Source: Tubiluchus corallicola (Eukaryota; Animalia; Priapulida). From it: a DNA stretch of 64,000 nucleotides. The stretch is from NCBI GenBank assembly GCA_030141605.1, contig JAQGDQ010002372.1:310001-374000 (forward strand), read 5' to 3'. Shown piece after piece: positions 1-13,557 of this stretch. Position 1 is the first letter of the stretch. Each line of letters begins with the position of its first letter. Made by a program: the position numbers and the translations under genes. The notes below the pieces were generated by a model. The model was not told the DNA's origin, searched no databases, and saw nothing but the letters and a program-made list of their open reading frames with translations.

Positions 1-322
1 TGTAAATTTATTTACTTAATGATTGAATGATTCAGCAGCCAGGTCAGCAAATTTGATCGTGGAAACTAAAATGATTAATAGTAGTCTACTGTAGACGAAC
101 ATATCTAGATAATCTTATGTAGCTTATGAAACGTCAGCAGTATCCTGAGTGTAACAGAATTAAATGCACCCCGAAAAAATTTCCTTTAAGGGTTAATACT
201 TGGTCCTCTGCTGTAGATGATTTATGTCTACACTATGATCTTAGATCTTACATTTCGTGATAAGAGCATTAATATCTTTCCTAATTGGATTTGGCCTTCA
301 TTTCTAAAGTTCAAATTGTGCA

Positions 323-368
323 ATATATATATATATATATATATGTATATTTATATATATATATATAT
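323..368. repeat. (TA)n microsatellite
   Basis: Direct reading. Confidence 0.95.
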
Positions 369-559
369 TGGTAAAATTCAAACACTCTAGGTATACCGTT
401 TTATTAGATTTGGTGTTAACAGTGGGCATTTTCCAGGTCGCGTCAGTCAGTTGGTTGACCAATCATATAGTCGAATGAATAACTAGAGTGACCGAACGAC
501 CACATCACTGACCGGCAATAGATTGAACTGCCAAATAACTAGGATAAATAAGCAACTAT

Positions 560-650
560 GCATACAGACAAGCAAGTGAGCAGACAAACAGGCAAACACC
601 CGGAATAAAACTATTACACCTCAGCTTAACTTCGTGGTTAATGGGTAATT
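560..650 (-). mobile_element. HINE-like element fragment
   Basis: acagacaagcaa..cagacaaaca repeats followed by attacacctcagc..gggtaat, i.e. the reverse orientation of the HINE layout. Confidence 0.35.
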
Positions 651-1808
651 GGAAATGTAAAGAGAAGCCACTTAGTTACTTAATTAAAATCTAATAAAAT
701 AACTCAGTTACCCTACGATATTGGATTTTAGGATCAATAATGTCCACGTTTACTAATTTAATAAAACCGCAAATCAGCTTACTATTTTTGTGGCTAAGGC
801 AGTGTTGAGAAATTGAAATATCATTTTAGCATTGCGCGTCTTCAATTTACTTGTGGTGACATATATTTTTGCCATGTGCATTATCATCTGTTAAAAGTTC
901 TTATCTGCTCCTGAAACCTTACAATGACACATCCGCCGAGCACTTCCAGCGTTTGCAATATCATTTTTGCGAAATTGCACCATATTGGATATCTTTTTTA
1001 TGTCTCACAACATTTACAGTTAGCTATTAACGTAGCTTCAAATGCGTAACCTTGATTATCTACGTTCGACAAAACGTGGTAACGGTAATTGTAACAAGTG
1101 AAATAATATTCAGACGCTTTGCATTCATGCGTACTAGATATATTATTTTTAGTGATTTTAGAGTTTTTGTATTGTTACTATAATACCGCAAGTTTGTTTT
1201 AAATGGTCAGGGCTTTCGAATAATCTGGATGCCTGAAGTTGTTACGGTTCACACTGCGCTTGACCGAACATGGGAAAATTATTAATTTCAAAGTTCGTCT
1301 GGGATATAAAATATCTGTTTGGGGCGTTGAAAAAATAAACCTTAAATAATCAAGTAGGGGTCATTATAAGAGGGTCTGCTTGTGAACAAATTAATAACAA
1401 ATCTTCTCTATAGCTCTCTTTCAGTTCGATGCTTTCCGCGTTATTCAATGCTGAAATGTGCTTAACAAAAAACGGGAAACAACTTCTTCAGAAACGTAAA
1501 CAATGATAATCAAAGAAAAAGTTTAGCAAAATCATCAAAATGTACAAAAAGCCACGGTTCGTGGTTCCCGATGTTACAGTACGTAAAAGCAAATTATACT
1601 AATCGTAAGTGTATTGTGTTTGCTAAGAATGTTTTAAATCAGAGATATTGATTGAATGGAAGTAATTATCAGTAAACTAAAAATCAGTAAAATAAATCAC
1701 TGCAAAATGGACCCATTCGCACAAATCGCAGATAAAATTGTAAAATCTCGTGCAAATGGCATGAACTGCAAAAACTACTATATAGTTGCTCAAAAACTGC
1801 GTTTTTAC

Positions 1809-4800
1809 CTGTAATGTGTCGCCTAACGAAGAATTGAGTTCGTGTACCGGTTTGCAGTTTAAATAATCTGACCAATTTGACCACGTTCCTCCTAACAAAC
1901 AATCTTTACTTGCATTATCTGTGAATGTAAAGGGAAATTAGTTATTATTTATTAGTTATTAATTTCATTATGCTTCATCAGCACATTTTTGGGCGTTAGA
2001 TTTCTCCAAACCACCGAAAACATACAGAGATGCAAAATGCAAAAACAGAGGTCTCACTGCTAAGGCTAATTTCAAATTAATCTAGAAGCCATCCTCCCCC
2101 TCATTATTTTTCTCTGCGGTCTGCGCCCATGTAAGCCAAACCTATTGATTAGGAAATAATTAGGAAAAACATACGAACTATTCTTTGGAAAAATTGTCTT
2201 TCGCGCAAAAAATAAATTTTTCTAAACTAAAAAAATAATAGTTTTGACGTACATTCTTGTGGGAACAACATAGGATACTGAGGAAACGATATAGTTTGTC
2301 ATGTTGGAGGGTCGACATAGAATGTCGTTGTTACGACGTCCTGTGCTGGCTGAGCGACATGAATATTTTTATTGCCAAGTTGCAGGCCCAGACTGTGCAC
2401 ACAGAAAGATAACGATGTCTCTTCAATTAAAATTAGTCTTTTATTAAAATAAGGAAATCATTAATGTCACATGGTAATCATTGTGAATGCAACATTTATT
2501 ATCATAATCCTTTTAATGGTCAATAAGGTTTCAACAAATCGAAAAATCTATTTTAGAATGAAGTTTATGCAATAGAATAGCGCGATGGTTTCGACGACAA
2601 AGAAAAATAGTCTTTCAAGGAAATGATGTGGAAGACTGCACAGTGAATATACAATTATTTGAAAAATATATTTCATCGTTTCTTTGAATTTCGTCTCTTT
2701 CGTAAGCAAGTCAGAATATTTGAAATAAATGCGGAATAAACTGTATTAGTATAGACCAGAAGTATTTGCGTTTACCGCATGAATGCTGTGAATAGTACTG
2801 CACGCGTAAATCGGTTAAATTTATGTCAACTTAACCAAACCCGTCGCAAATCGGTGAAAGTGTAAATGACAGCAAATCACGCTCAATTCACGAGATGCTC
2901 AATTACATGAAAATAGTTTAATAGTGGAAATTGGGGCGTGGCAGTTTTCGCTTTCTTCAATTTGTTCTTCAAATTTGAGGATTTTCCAGGTATTAACAAT
3001 GATTATTATTACGACAAACAATTTTTTCTAGTCATAGTATTGATTCTTTTGAAAGCTATTGCAAAATTTAGCCTACAAGTTATGCACTTTTATCATTACT
3101 AGTTTAGTTGCTGAATGAATATCTGTGCAGTGTCGCCTGCATACATTCTGAATTATAGTTGCACTTAAAAGCGACAAAAACAAAGGCGAAGATTCGTCAA
3201 TTGAACGCGAAAATGCAACAGAAATGCGAGCTTAGAAAACACCACAAATAAGAAAAACACAAAAAGTATAAGAAGATGAAACATGAAGAAATGTAGTGTT
3301 AAAGACGAGAACCTAAAAACTAATTAAAACCCACGAAAACACAAGCAAAATCAGAATAATACAAAGGTAGAAATTCAAAATGTGGGCATAATGAAAACAT
3401 CAAAGATAGAGGATCACTTTTAATACGTTTGTTAGTCAATACACAATTAGACGAAATAATGCGCGAACGAGAAAAAACAGAGAAAAAATCTACAAGCAAG
3501 AAAAACAAAATTCAAAAACGTGACAACACAAAACTACAAAAACGCAAAGATGAGAAAACGAAAATACGAAACGTCTCTTCTTCGATTCCGTAATTGGTTT
3601 TCATCAAGGTGTGCCTACGCATAGGAAATCTGCCTGGTTATTAATTAATTTCACAATAGCAACATTTCTGGTTCACACGATAATAAAGTCGTGCTACTTT
3701 AATTGACAGCAGGAGTCTGAGTGCAATGACAATAAGAACTAATTAGTATTGCAATTATAACAGTTCCACCTCATTTTAAATGTCACAGTTAGCATCTATT
3801 AGATACAGATTAGTAATACAGCCACTGGGTTTGTGTTATGTAAACGCGTTACGTAGTAATTAATTATTTGTTTATTATTCTTTAATAGTAATGGTTATAG
3901 ATATAATATCTGTATAGATGGATATAAGAGCATTTATTGAGTAAGTTCCATTGCTAGAACACCAGCTGTTTCATCACGCATCTTTGACCATTACATACAC
4001 CAACAGAAAGGTGTCTTCTCATTGGTGATTTTTTTCAGTTGGGCGCTGGGAAAAATTAAAGGAAAAACGCTATTTCTATTTTCGCTTTCTGCAACTCATG
4101 ACTTATCAGCGTACTGTATACTGAACGTTTTATGTTTTCAAGATGTTAATATTCACTTCTTCGCGAGAAGTTATTTTTACTAGTTACTGAGTTCGAAAAA
4201 AATGAGCTTAATTTCCTCTGATTCTTATAAATTAGCTTGAAACTCCAATTCAGGTCCTTTTAGATGGTGAGTTTTGGCAACCTCTTCCAAATACCTTTTG
4301 ATACGTTGTTTTTATTATCAACGTCGGAGAAAGGGTCTTTTCCTTTAAAAACGTTAACATAAACACACAGCTATGCAAGAGATTTCTGTCTATAATTATG
4401 CCTATGATTTTTGTTATTACTATTTTAAATGTTGTAAGTATTAATTAATAAAACAACTTCACACTAACCAGATGTGTCGTACTGTATGTTTCCAACAAAA
4501 GCTGGACACGTTAGATATTGAGTGAACCCTTCTAAAGTAGGTGGCCAACAAAGAATGCCGTCAAAGTGCGCTGGACAGCGTCTTCTTCCGTTGTAGAAAT
4601 ACCCTGAAGAAAAACGAAGAGAGACAATGATAATTTTGCTAGAGCCCAAAAAATGCGTGGGAAAATTCTGTGTTGCACGAACGACATCTATGTCACACGC
4701 ATGGGGTTATTATGACTTTCTTGTAATTTATTCCTAGACAGGGTAATAGCTCATTCCGGGCGCAAGCTAGTCTTGGGTGTTTACCTCGTAGAGTTCGAAC

Positions 4801-5908
4801 AAGACTGGGACACCTCTACCGGTTCAGTAACTCATCTTAGAGGATTATCATTGATAGAGAGCCATGATCCGCTCACGCTACAAACATCTCGTTGGGCAGT
4901 TGTCTGTGAGTGCTGGCTTCCGGCTTGCGGTGTAACAGCGCTATTTGACAAGAATGCGGTAAAATTCAACCATTGTGTCTGTGAGTGTCAACCAAGTGTG
5001 AATATTCTACGTAGACTAGAAGAAAATCCTGAAAAGGTGCTGCTTTAAAGTTGTAGGGGTGTTTTTTCTAAAACTGGGCAACATAGCCAGTCTTATCAAT
5101 TTGAGTATCCTCTATCCGAAAAGGCTATTGTTAGCTTGAAAATTTATCGGAAAAGGGTCGAAAACGGAAAAAATAGCCATATTAACGAGAGCGATTACGA
5201 CTTCAATTCCAGAGTAGTTGGACCTAAAAAATCCATTCCTGTTCCTGTTACTTTTATTTCAAAATGGCTGCTACGCAAAACGAAATTGTGCCGATCGTGC
5301 AATTTTATTAGCTGTACGTTTCATCTACAGTACAAAACAAAAAGCAAATTATTGCTGAATCTAGAAAATTGCTAGACTGCAAAAAAGACGCCAAAGGCTT
5401 TTGAAACTGCTCATTAAGCAAAAAACAAAGTGTTCGTTGCCTCCCCGAAAAATTGCACAGTTCGCCTAAAACTTAAGAAACTTTGCGCAGTGTTAGAACC
5501 CATCAAGGTGTTTAATTTTGGATATGCTGTGAATAGAAAATTCTCCAATTTGGCAGCCATTTTCAAGATGACCGACAAGATAACGGCCGTTAGCATACAT
5601 AGGCCATATCTTAAACAGGTAGAACAGATGAGATTATGATTTTGGTGTCTATAGGGCCTATATAGGTTTCCAAGGTTAAGAGATCCACAGCTGATACTTA
5701 AATGCACCTTACTTATGACGTCCCTTACTTAGAATTTCAGGATGGTTGCCAAGATGGCTGTACAATAGCCGATTGTACAATACTTTAGCTATATCGCATG
5801 TTCTGCTTTACAGACCAAGGATTTAAAACCTTACTTGTTATTATTTTTTCATTATTATTGCTGTTGTTGTTGTTGTTGTTGCTATTGTTGTTGTTGTTGT
5901 TGTTGTTG

Positions 5909-5993
<85 letters not shown>

Positions 5994-6018
5994 CATTATC
6001 ATCATCATTATCATTATT

Positions 6019-6053
<35 letters not shown>

Positions 6054-8401
6054 CATTATTATTTATATTGAACAAAATCACGAATACACATCACATATTC
6101 AATACAGAATCTGATAAAGAAGCCCGAAGATAAAAAAATCCTTGAAAGAAACAGTTTAGGTCAGAATTTATGGACCCTGATATAGATAATACTGATAACC
6201 TCTAAAACAATCTGTCACGTTCACTAGTGCCGCCACACCACTGTATTTGGACCAGGCTGTGCAAACAAGTCTTGCTTGGACACATTTACATTTGCCATAG
6301 TACCATTTGGCTGGCTGGCTGACAGCCATATTTAATAATTGCTTCAGTTCCACATGTCCGATGTGGTTCCCATGTCAAGTCAGTGGATTTTCTCGGTGCA
6401 GTCAAATGGTGATGGTCAAGCTGGGGACAGTGATGAACGCTTGGCCTAACAGCATCCTGCCTCATATACCACATGTCTGGTGTACTCCAATAGTGCAGCA
6501 GGTCATCCCCGCAGATGTTGGAGAAAATGCCTCCATTGACATTGCCTTTCTTGTGAACAAGCCTTTATATGCTTTGTCAATTAGCATCAAAACGTGCTTG
6601 CTGTGTCATACAAGAGTGTGACAAAACGTTCAAGCACAGGCGTGAGTTCAGTCAGCTGCTCAGCTCTAATCGTGTTTCTTAGCGATACAAATCCTTCTGT
6701 TATCGCCTTAAACACTTGCCACGTAGGCCAAACCATCTTTTCCTTCTCTCTGTAAATGCTGAAACTTGGTCGGAACCAGTATTGGCATGAAATACTGACG
6801 AAGCTGGTCTCTTTAAGTCCCATGCTATTCACAGTTTCAAAGGGCCAAAGATATTGCCTTTATAAACTAGTAACAGCTATTTCGTCAGCCAACGTGAAGA
6901 TGGCGACCATATCGGATATTACCCTAAAGCCTTGACCTTCAAAGCCTACATATAAACAATAAAATCACCATTCTATTTGCTTCAGAATATGCAATGTAGC
7001 TAATATATTAAACAAGTGGCTACAGGCACGAAATCTTAACAGAGGTTATATTATAGGCATTTTTAGGCATTAGACATGGATTCCTTGACCTTGAAAACCT
7101 GTACTTAGACACCAAAATCGTCATCTAAACTATCTGGTCGGGCATCTTGAAAATGGCAACCATATTGGATATTTCTGATTGGTCTCATATCCCAAATTAA
7201 TCACCTTGATGGGTTCTAGCAGTGTGCAAAGTTTCATAACTTTTACGCAAAATTGGCAAGTTTAGGCAAATTATCTAGACTATATAAGTCGGAAACCGGG
7301 CGCACATTTTGTTTTTGTTTTTGCTTATTAAACTGTCTAAGTCGCCTTGTGTCTTTTTTGGGAGTCTTTTTTATATTCAGCAAGGTCGAATTAATAAAAA
7401 TAATTTGCTTTTTGTTTTTATAACAAATCTTTAAATGAAATTGCATAGTTAGCATAATTTTGTTTTGGGCGACGGCCATTTTTGAAATAAAGCTAAGAGA
7501 AACTAATTGCTTAGGCCCAGCAGCTTAAGCAAAATGTCATGATTGCATCTTAATGATAATGTTGTGGCAATGATTTTTTTAAATTTATATTGTTTGTGCA
7601 AAAACATAGCGGTCATTTCTTTTTTATTTTGCATTTTGAGCCCTTTCCGCTAATTTTTCAAGCCGGCTAGGGTCTTTTTGATTTCAAATTGACAAGACTG
7701 GCTATGCTGCCTAGTGCCCACTTAAAAAACGCCTCCAATGTTCCATTTTTCTGAAAAGTCGTCTAATCTAACAATTTAACTAGAATTTAAACAGCGGTAC
7801 AACTCCAAATGAGCATAAAAACCGAAATCTTTTTTGGAGGATTTCATAATTTTGTTGTGTGCAATGTTGCAGGCTATAAACGGACTCTAGCAATGGAGTG
7901 ACCATAAACTAACGGAGCAGAATTTAGGTGGCTATTTGTTAGGAGCACTGACTGCTCTGTGCTATTAGAGGTTATTTATGAGAGCATTCTTAAATTGACA
8001 TTGATTTGTTGAAGGTAGCCGTAGTTCAGAAAGAATTCGTTTCGTCAACAAGCACCTTCATATCTAAGATCTGACAACCAGCAAGTTGCTGATTCACATT
8101 TTTTATATATCTGTTGCTGATTTGTCGCGGATAGTACTAATGTTACTCCTGTATTTGTAGGACAAATTATCATCACTTTAATTTAGAAAAATCTACTTGC
8201 TCCGCAGCAAAATTGTTTTTGGTTTTACGTACACGATGTCGTTTTGTTAGTTCCAAAAGGACAGAATTTTTTTGTATTTTGTTTAACGAAACTGCTATAA
8301 ACTTTGCATACAAATTTCTTGCCGACTAAAAAAAGCATGTAGAAGTTCAACAGACAATGATATGAAACAGCAGCTTTCTAGATAATTTCAAAATACAGAT
8401 T

Positions 8402-8470
<69 letters not shown>

Positions 8471-9768
8471 GAGTGCACTGCATTGCATGGGTGGCATCGC
8501 ATTTGGTTGCGTTTTGTTTGCATTATATTTTCTGTTGCAGGTTAAATGAGAGAGTGAACACCGAGTAATTTAGCAATTTAATTAATAGTTTGTCTAATTA
8601 AAAAAACTTCAAGATCAAGCAACTCGTTAAAGCCTCAGTGGGTTTGATATCATCTTTAGATTTGATCAAGACTTTGCTAACTTAATGACATGCTTCTAAG
8701 TACGAATCGATCTGCACAAAAGCATCTGATTAAACACAGAGTGCAGAGTGAGCATCCTCAGTGTTTATGATGACATCTCCCTCAGGATGTAAGAATCAAA
8801 TAAAGAAACCCAGTCTTGATGCTTCAGCATCGAACCAAGACCATTTTTCATAAACGTATGCATTTTTCGTTGAAATAATGTAAAACGCTATCGTAAAAGC
8901 AATCTTCTTTATTCATCCTATGCATCTCATTGAATTTTTGATGTTGAATAGTCTGTTACGCCTAGGCACTCATGCACATGTATAGAGCACGAATGGCTAT
9001 CAGTGCTCGTAACTTGCAGACCTGATTGTTACGGCATTAGCTTGACTAATAATTATTATCAGGCATCTTGTGAAGACTTCCTTAGGTTTCCGAACTAAAA
9101 AACTCTAAAATTTAATAATCCACAACAAACTGTAAAGCAATAGTCATTTACCAGTCATGCGGATATAATTTGTTCTGAGATAACCTTAAGCATCAGCTAC
9201 GAATTAAGATCGATAGATGCCCTAAAATGTAGAGGCCGTAAGCATAAGCACTAGAAAAATTTCGTTGCCAACATAATTATTTTTAATTTAAAGAATACTC
9301 GGTTAACCATAAAATAAACATTTCACTTTCTGAAATAAAAGAAAACTTATACAGTAGGTTTATTTGGACATGCCTTAACCACGTGCTTACTTTTTTGCTT
9401 AATGTTAATCCAGCCCTGATACATATTAAAGCAGCATCGTCAATTTCTTCAATTTTGTTTATAATTAACGAGCATGAATTATTTTTGAAATTAATCCTTT
9501 ACAGTAAAAATGCATATACATTTAACCCGTCGAGGAGCGTAATAGAAATTGATGAACAGGTTAGAGGGAACTGATAACATAATTGACAGGAGACAGACAG
9601 GTAAATGCATATAAACCCTAAAAGGCTGTAAACCAAAATAATTATAAGATTAATATGTAATAACTATAATCAGCAATAGGCCTATATAAATAAAAACTTA
9701 CTTGTATTATTTAAAGCGTTTAACTGCAGAACGGTGCACACTGATTCCTGATCCAGCTTCTCAAACAT
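1809..9768 (-). CDS. Class B (secretin-family) GPCR, CRH/DH44-receptor-like. N-terminal hormone-binding-domain exons only: 9768-9702, 4603-4469, 1918-1809. The gene continues past the left edge.
   Basis: Spliced translation: MFEKLDQESVCTVLQLNALNNT/RYFYNGRRRCPAHFDGILCWPPTLEGFTQYLTCPAFVGNIQYDTS/DNASKDCLLGGTWSNWSDYLNCKPVHELNSSLGDTLQ. It has six ectodomain cysteines and the CxxxxDGxxCWP and CxxxGxW motifs. IQYDTSDNAS resembles CRFR/DH44R. Junctions are GT-AG with compatible phases (1,1,0). The first exon is less certain than the other two. Confidence 0.85.
3165..3575 (+). repeat. Degenerate A-rich, strand-biased low-complexity tract
   Basis: Recurrent ACGAAAA/ACAAAA/GAGAAAA units with strong A bias. 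Confidence 0.5.
5054..7737 (-). mobile_element. Internally deleted, decayed DNA transposon with long imperfect TIRs, Academ-like
   Basis: Colinear inverted matches across ~5054-5600 and ~7140-7737, e.g. catagccagtcttatcaatttga vs catagccagtcttgtcaatttga, and gaaactttgc..tagaacccatcaaggtg. Interior minus-strand fragments (WQVF..ITEGFVSL..LERFVTLLYD; TWEPH; IIKYGC; GKCKCVQARLVCT) resemble the XPG-like/Cys-rich C-terminus of Academ proteins. No clean target-site duplication. Confidence 0.65.
5852..6062. repeat. Compound trinucleotide microsatellite (TTG)n(TTA)n(TCA/TTA)n
   Basis: Direct reading; it explains the poly-N, poly-L, poly-Y and poly-I ORFs in the track. Confidence 0.98.
8403..8469. 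repeat. (AG)n microsatellite
   Basis: Direct reading. Confidence 0.98.
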
Positions 9769-10521
9769 GTTAGCAACAAGTGATTTCACTGTTTATATTC
9801 CGTATATATGTCCAGAACTGCCAATACATATTTACAGTCATTATGCACAGTTTGGGTTATTAGAATTTTAGGCCAATAGACGACAACATTTTTAAGACGC
9901 TTCAGAAACATTCGTTCAGCGCTTCAAAATAAAATCATCTTGTCCTTATAAAACAATGTTAAAAATTGCACCTTGTTTAACGCCCATGTTTACATTTACA
10001 TTTAATGAAGACAATATCTAAGTAAAAAATTGTTGCCTAATATCAAGCGTCATAATTACTGCATTTAAACAAAGATTTCAGCTTAACGCCAAAAAATAAT
10101 ACTAGCCTGTTTTAGTCTCACCACAAGATTACTGCATGAGTGGATCGCTTTATGAAGCCATCTTCCCTGATGTTGCTTTTCACTGAAGCCCGTTCCTGAG
10201 CAATGCTATAATCCAGTCTACGTTTCAGTTCAGCAGAGGAGCGCGCAAATGTGGTAATTAACTCGAAATTTCGATTGTAATGTTTGTAAAATGTTCGCCA
10301 GAAATAAATAGGACACCTGCGCCATTAACAGAATTAACGACATGCGCAAACTAAAAATTATTTTGCTTAGTTATCACAAATAATCAAAAACAGATACGAT
10401 TATATCTTAAGATATGGCAAATTGGTAATTGCTCATGAAAAGTGTATATGTGACAACAAGGGCACTATCGAAATACGGAAGATGATATCAATAATAAGCA
10501 ACCTGTTTATATATATATAAA

Positions 10522-11038
10522 CTAAATAAGAACAACATTGCTATTGTTCTTGCAGATTAGAACTTGCACTTATTTTGACGTGAATTCATGTACTGTGCCT
10601 ATAGCAGTAGCAAATTTTTATTTTACCAAAATATTCTTGCGCGCCAGCTGGAATACAAATTGCACAGCAGTGAAGTGGTTAATTTAGATGATCTACTGGA
10701 TTGTTTAATGCCCAGATGATATATATTATGTCAAACTGATATAAGCATGCCTAATTTATATTATTTGCTTGAAAATCTTATCGATGTTATATTAGCACTG
10801 ATGTTTTAATGCACTGACTCACTTGCACCTGCACTGTGGAGAGACTTGAATCAGGTACTACTGTTTTGTTAATCCACTTTAAACAAATAAAGATTATATA
10901 TATGTATTCCAGCTGGCGCGCAAGAATATTTTGGTAAAATAAAAATTTGCTACTGCTATAGGCACAGTACATGAATTCACGTCAAAATAAGTGCAAGTTC
11001 TAATCTGCAAGAACAATAGCAATGTTGTTCTTATTTAG
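10522..11038. repeat. Perfect inverted repeat: 136-bp arms (10522-10657 and 10903-11038) around a 245-bp spacer
   Basis: ctaaataagaacaacattgc...cgccagctggaataca is the exact reverse complement of tgtattccagctggcg...gcaatgttgttcttatttag, compared by eye. Confidence 0.95.
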
Positions 11039-11954
11039 CAATAGTCTTATTTATTTATTCTTACTCAATATTTATTTTTACTTGAACCTTTGGTTGATAT
11101 TAACTAAATCTTGAACTATTGTAAATAGAACCATATTGCAACAGTTTAAAAAATTCATCACTGAATTAAACATAGATTTATGACTAAAATTTACAATTTG
11201 CTCGTGACTAACGAAGCAATTCATTTAGGAAAATATTGCACTCATTTGCATAACGTGTACATTCAAAAAAGTAATGTACTTAATTTTCAACGAAACTATT
11301 ACTAGAACATATTCGGCTATCTGTTATGTTGCGAGAAAACAAATCAGAATTCAACTGTGTAAATTTCAAAATAAATCTATTTGTTAACATTTCATGTTTT
11401 CTGGCTTCATTCTTTTTTACACTGATATTTATTATAGGATGTTCCCACTCCTTAGAAACAAGGCCTTTAAAGCAACCTGTTTTTTTACTGTCATAGCAAG
11501 AATCGTTCATTACAAGACGATTTTTAATAATTATGTAACTAGCATAATCAAAGTTATGTGATATGACGATTAAAATGTGATGATGTAGCGAAAAGTAGTT
11601 TATTATATTTCTAATGTAGGCACATCATTCCTCAAATAGTATACTTATTACCTGCCAGAAAGTATAGTGTTCTGCCTAAGTGTCATTTTAAAAAACTGAT
11701 ATTCTAGTCAAAAATAGCCACAAGTAAACATTTTCTTAGTCTCTGATTGGCCCGTTCTATCTACTTGTAAATATACTATAAAATGCAAATATATCGATGT
11801 TAGTTAACGCTAGTTAAAAATCCTAGCTGAACCCAATCATTTCTTAGATAGCTCTTAGACCAGGTCTGCCACATCCGGCCAGATACATTCATTCCAAAGT
11901 ACAAAATTACCATAGTGTTAGAGGTATATGGACCTCTCATGTATAGGTTTTATT

Positions 11955-12741
11955 TGTTAGCTTTGTCTTGTACATTAATTATATTATTAACGTAAATTAA
12001 TTAATTACGTAATTAAGTAATTATATTAGTTGTGTTATAACAATGTCGTTATTATCTGTGATAAGTAAGTACTTTTAGTGTGTCGTAACAAACTTGTTTT
12101 TCGTTTTCTGCTGCGTCCGTCGCGACTTAGTAATTTAGCAAACAACACAACCCCAAGACAACAGATGTTTGCGAGATATTAGCAGATACGTGCCGTAAGA
12201 AACTTTCTGCGCACCCCAGGTGTTATGCATTGGGAATTTTCCCAGACCTGCGTTATTTCTTGGATAAACTCTGTGCTGAAAACATCTACCTCTCTCTTGA
12301 AGCAGCTGACTTCTTATTGTAATTGGTGTTCTGGACTTGATATGGTTGTCTATGAAGAACATATACGGTCTGGATGGATGATGGGTATTGGTAGCCATTT
12401 TGTTGAAGTTGTTAGTAAAGTTTATGGGACACAGCTGTCGTGTGTTGGTGCTAGAACATTATACCTAGTGGACTGTCAAACATTTGTTCGTTATTGGTGC
12501 GCAATAAAATTTTCCTTGCAAGTCACACAGCGGAAGGACGCTGCTTCAATACAGATCAGTTGGCCTACCGTTAACAGTAGTGTAACAGTATATTAATTCG
12601 ATATAAGCCTGTATCTTTTCTTGTTAAATTTGTACTGTTAATTAATAGACTAAAGTGGTTTATCATTCAGCTATAATTCCGTGTAGCTGTTTGAGTTTGA
12701 GGTTATTTTATCATGTTACGTGATAACTTGCGGTGCTAACA
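11955..12741 (+). mobile_element. Possible solo LTR
   Basis: Starts TGTTAGC and ends GCTAACA (7-bp terminal inverted repeat, TG..CA), with a non-coding interior. No target-site duplication found. Confidence 0.3.
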
Positions 12742-13311
12742 CGTAATAGGATTGTAGTCCATTTTTGATAGTCTCTGTTTGATTTAGGATGACATTGGAT
12801 TAAGTTGTATTGTGTTCTTTCCGGTTTTTAACAGCTGACGAATGTGACATTTTCGTTGGTTTTAGTACTATGTAAAGCAGTATGAAAAAGTTGAGTTTAA
12901 TGGATTGAATTTGACTTGATGTGCAGTAGAGCGGTGGTTTAATGTAGATAACATTATTTGCTTTGCTGTTCAATTGGTGTAACTATTATGGTATACTATT
13001 GGAATAAAAAATTATGGCGTAGTTTGGAATTGAGCGTTCTGGTTTTGTGTGGTGATGTTCGGAATATAATAATAATAATAAGACTTACAGATTTCTCTGA
13101 ATTGTGCCAGAAGGAAACAGATGCCACAGTGCAATAATACATTTTTCCTGCCTTGTGAAACGCGCCAAATACTCCCACCTACAAAGTCCAGTGAACTGAA
13201 GCCACGTAGCAGGAATAGTAAATTACGAATAGTAGCTGCTGATAACATAACCAACGACGAGTATCTAATATTAACTAAAACATGTTAACAATGATTTAAT
13301 AGTCTCAGTTA

Positions 13312-13329
13312 TTTATTTCTCCTTTATTT
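13312..13329 (-). terminator. Candidate polyadenylation signals of the RNase L-like gene
   Basis: Two TTTATT on the plus strand (AATAAA on minus) about 230-245 nt after the stop codon. Confidence 0.4.
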
Positions 13330-13557
13330 ATAATCAGCATGCTGCTGTATACAAAAACAAATAATAAATTTGACTGGATTGAATAAATTTCAGTTTAAAT
13401 TCATGATGAGTAATATCGTTTTCTAACAAGTTTTTGAAATTACAAGATTACGTAGTTAAGATAACAACAGAAAGTTTCCTATAAAAACTCTAAAGCTTTG
13501 TCCACTCGTACAATCCAATATTGGTACCTACGTAACCACCTTATCCCTCTTGATCTT

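Noticed and set aside
920-990. Minus-strand GSARRMC as a GPCR exon
   Set aside because: No suitable acceptor, and the equivalent ectodomain segment is already encoded at 1918-1809.
4741-4810. tRNA gene or tRNA-derived SINE (tagctca ... gttcgaac)
   Set aside because: A- and B-box-like words are present, but no cloverleaf could be folded and no clear second copy supports a SINE.
5785-6133. Poly-N, poly-L, poly-Y and poly-I ORFs
   Set aside because: They are translations of a microsatellite.
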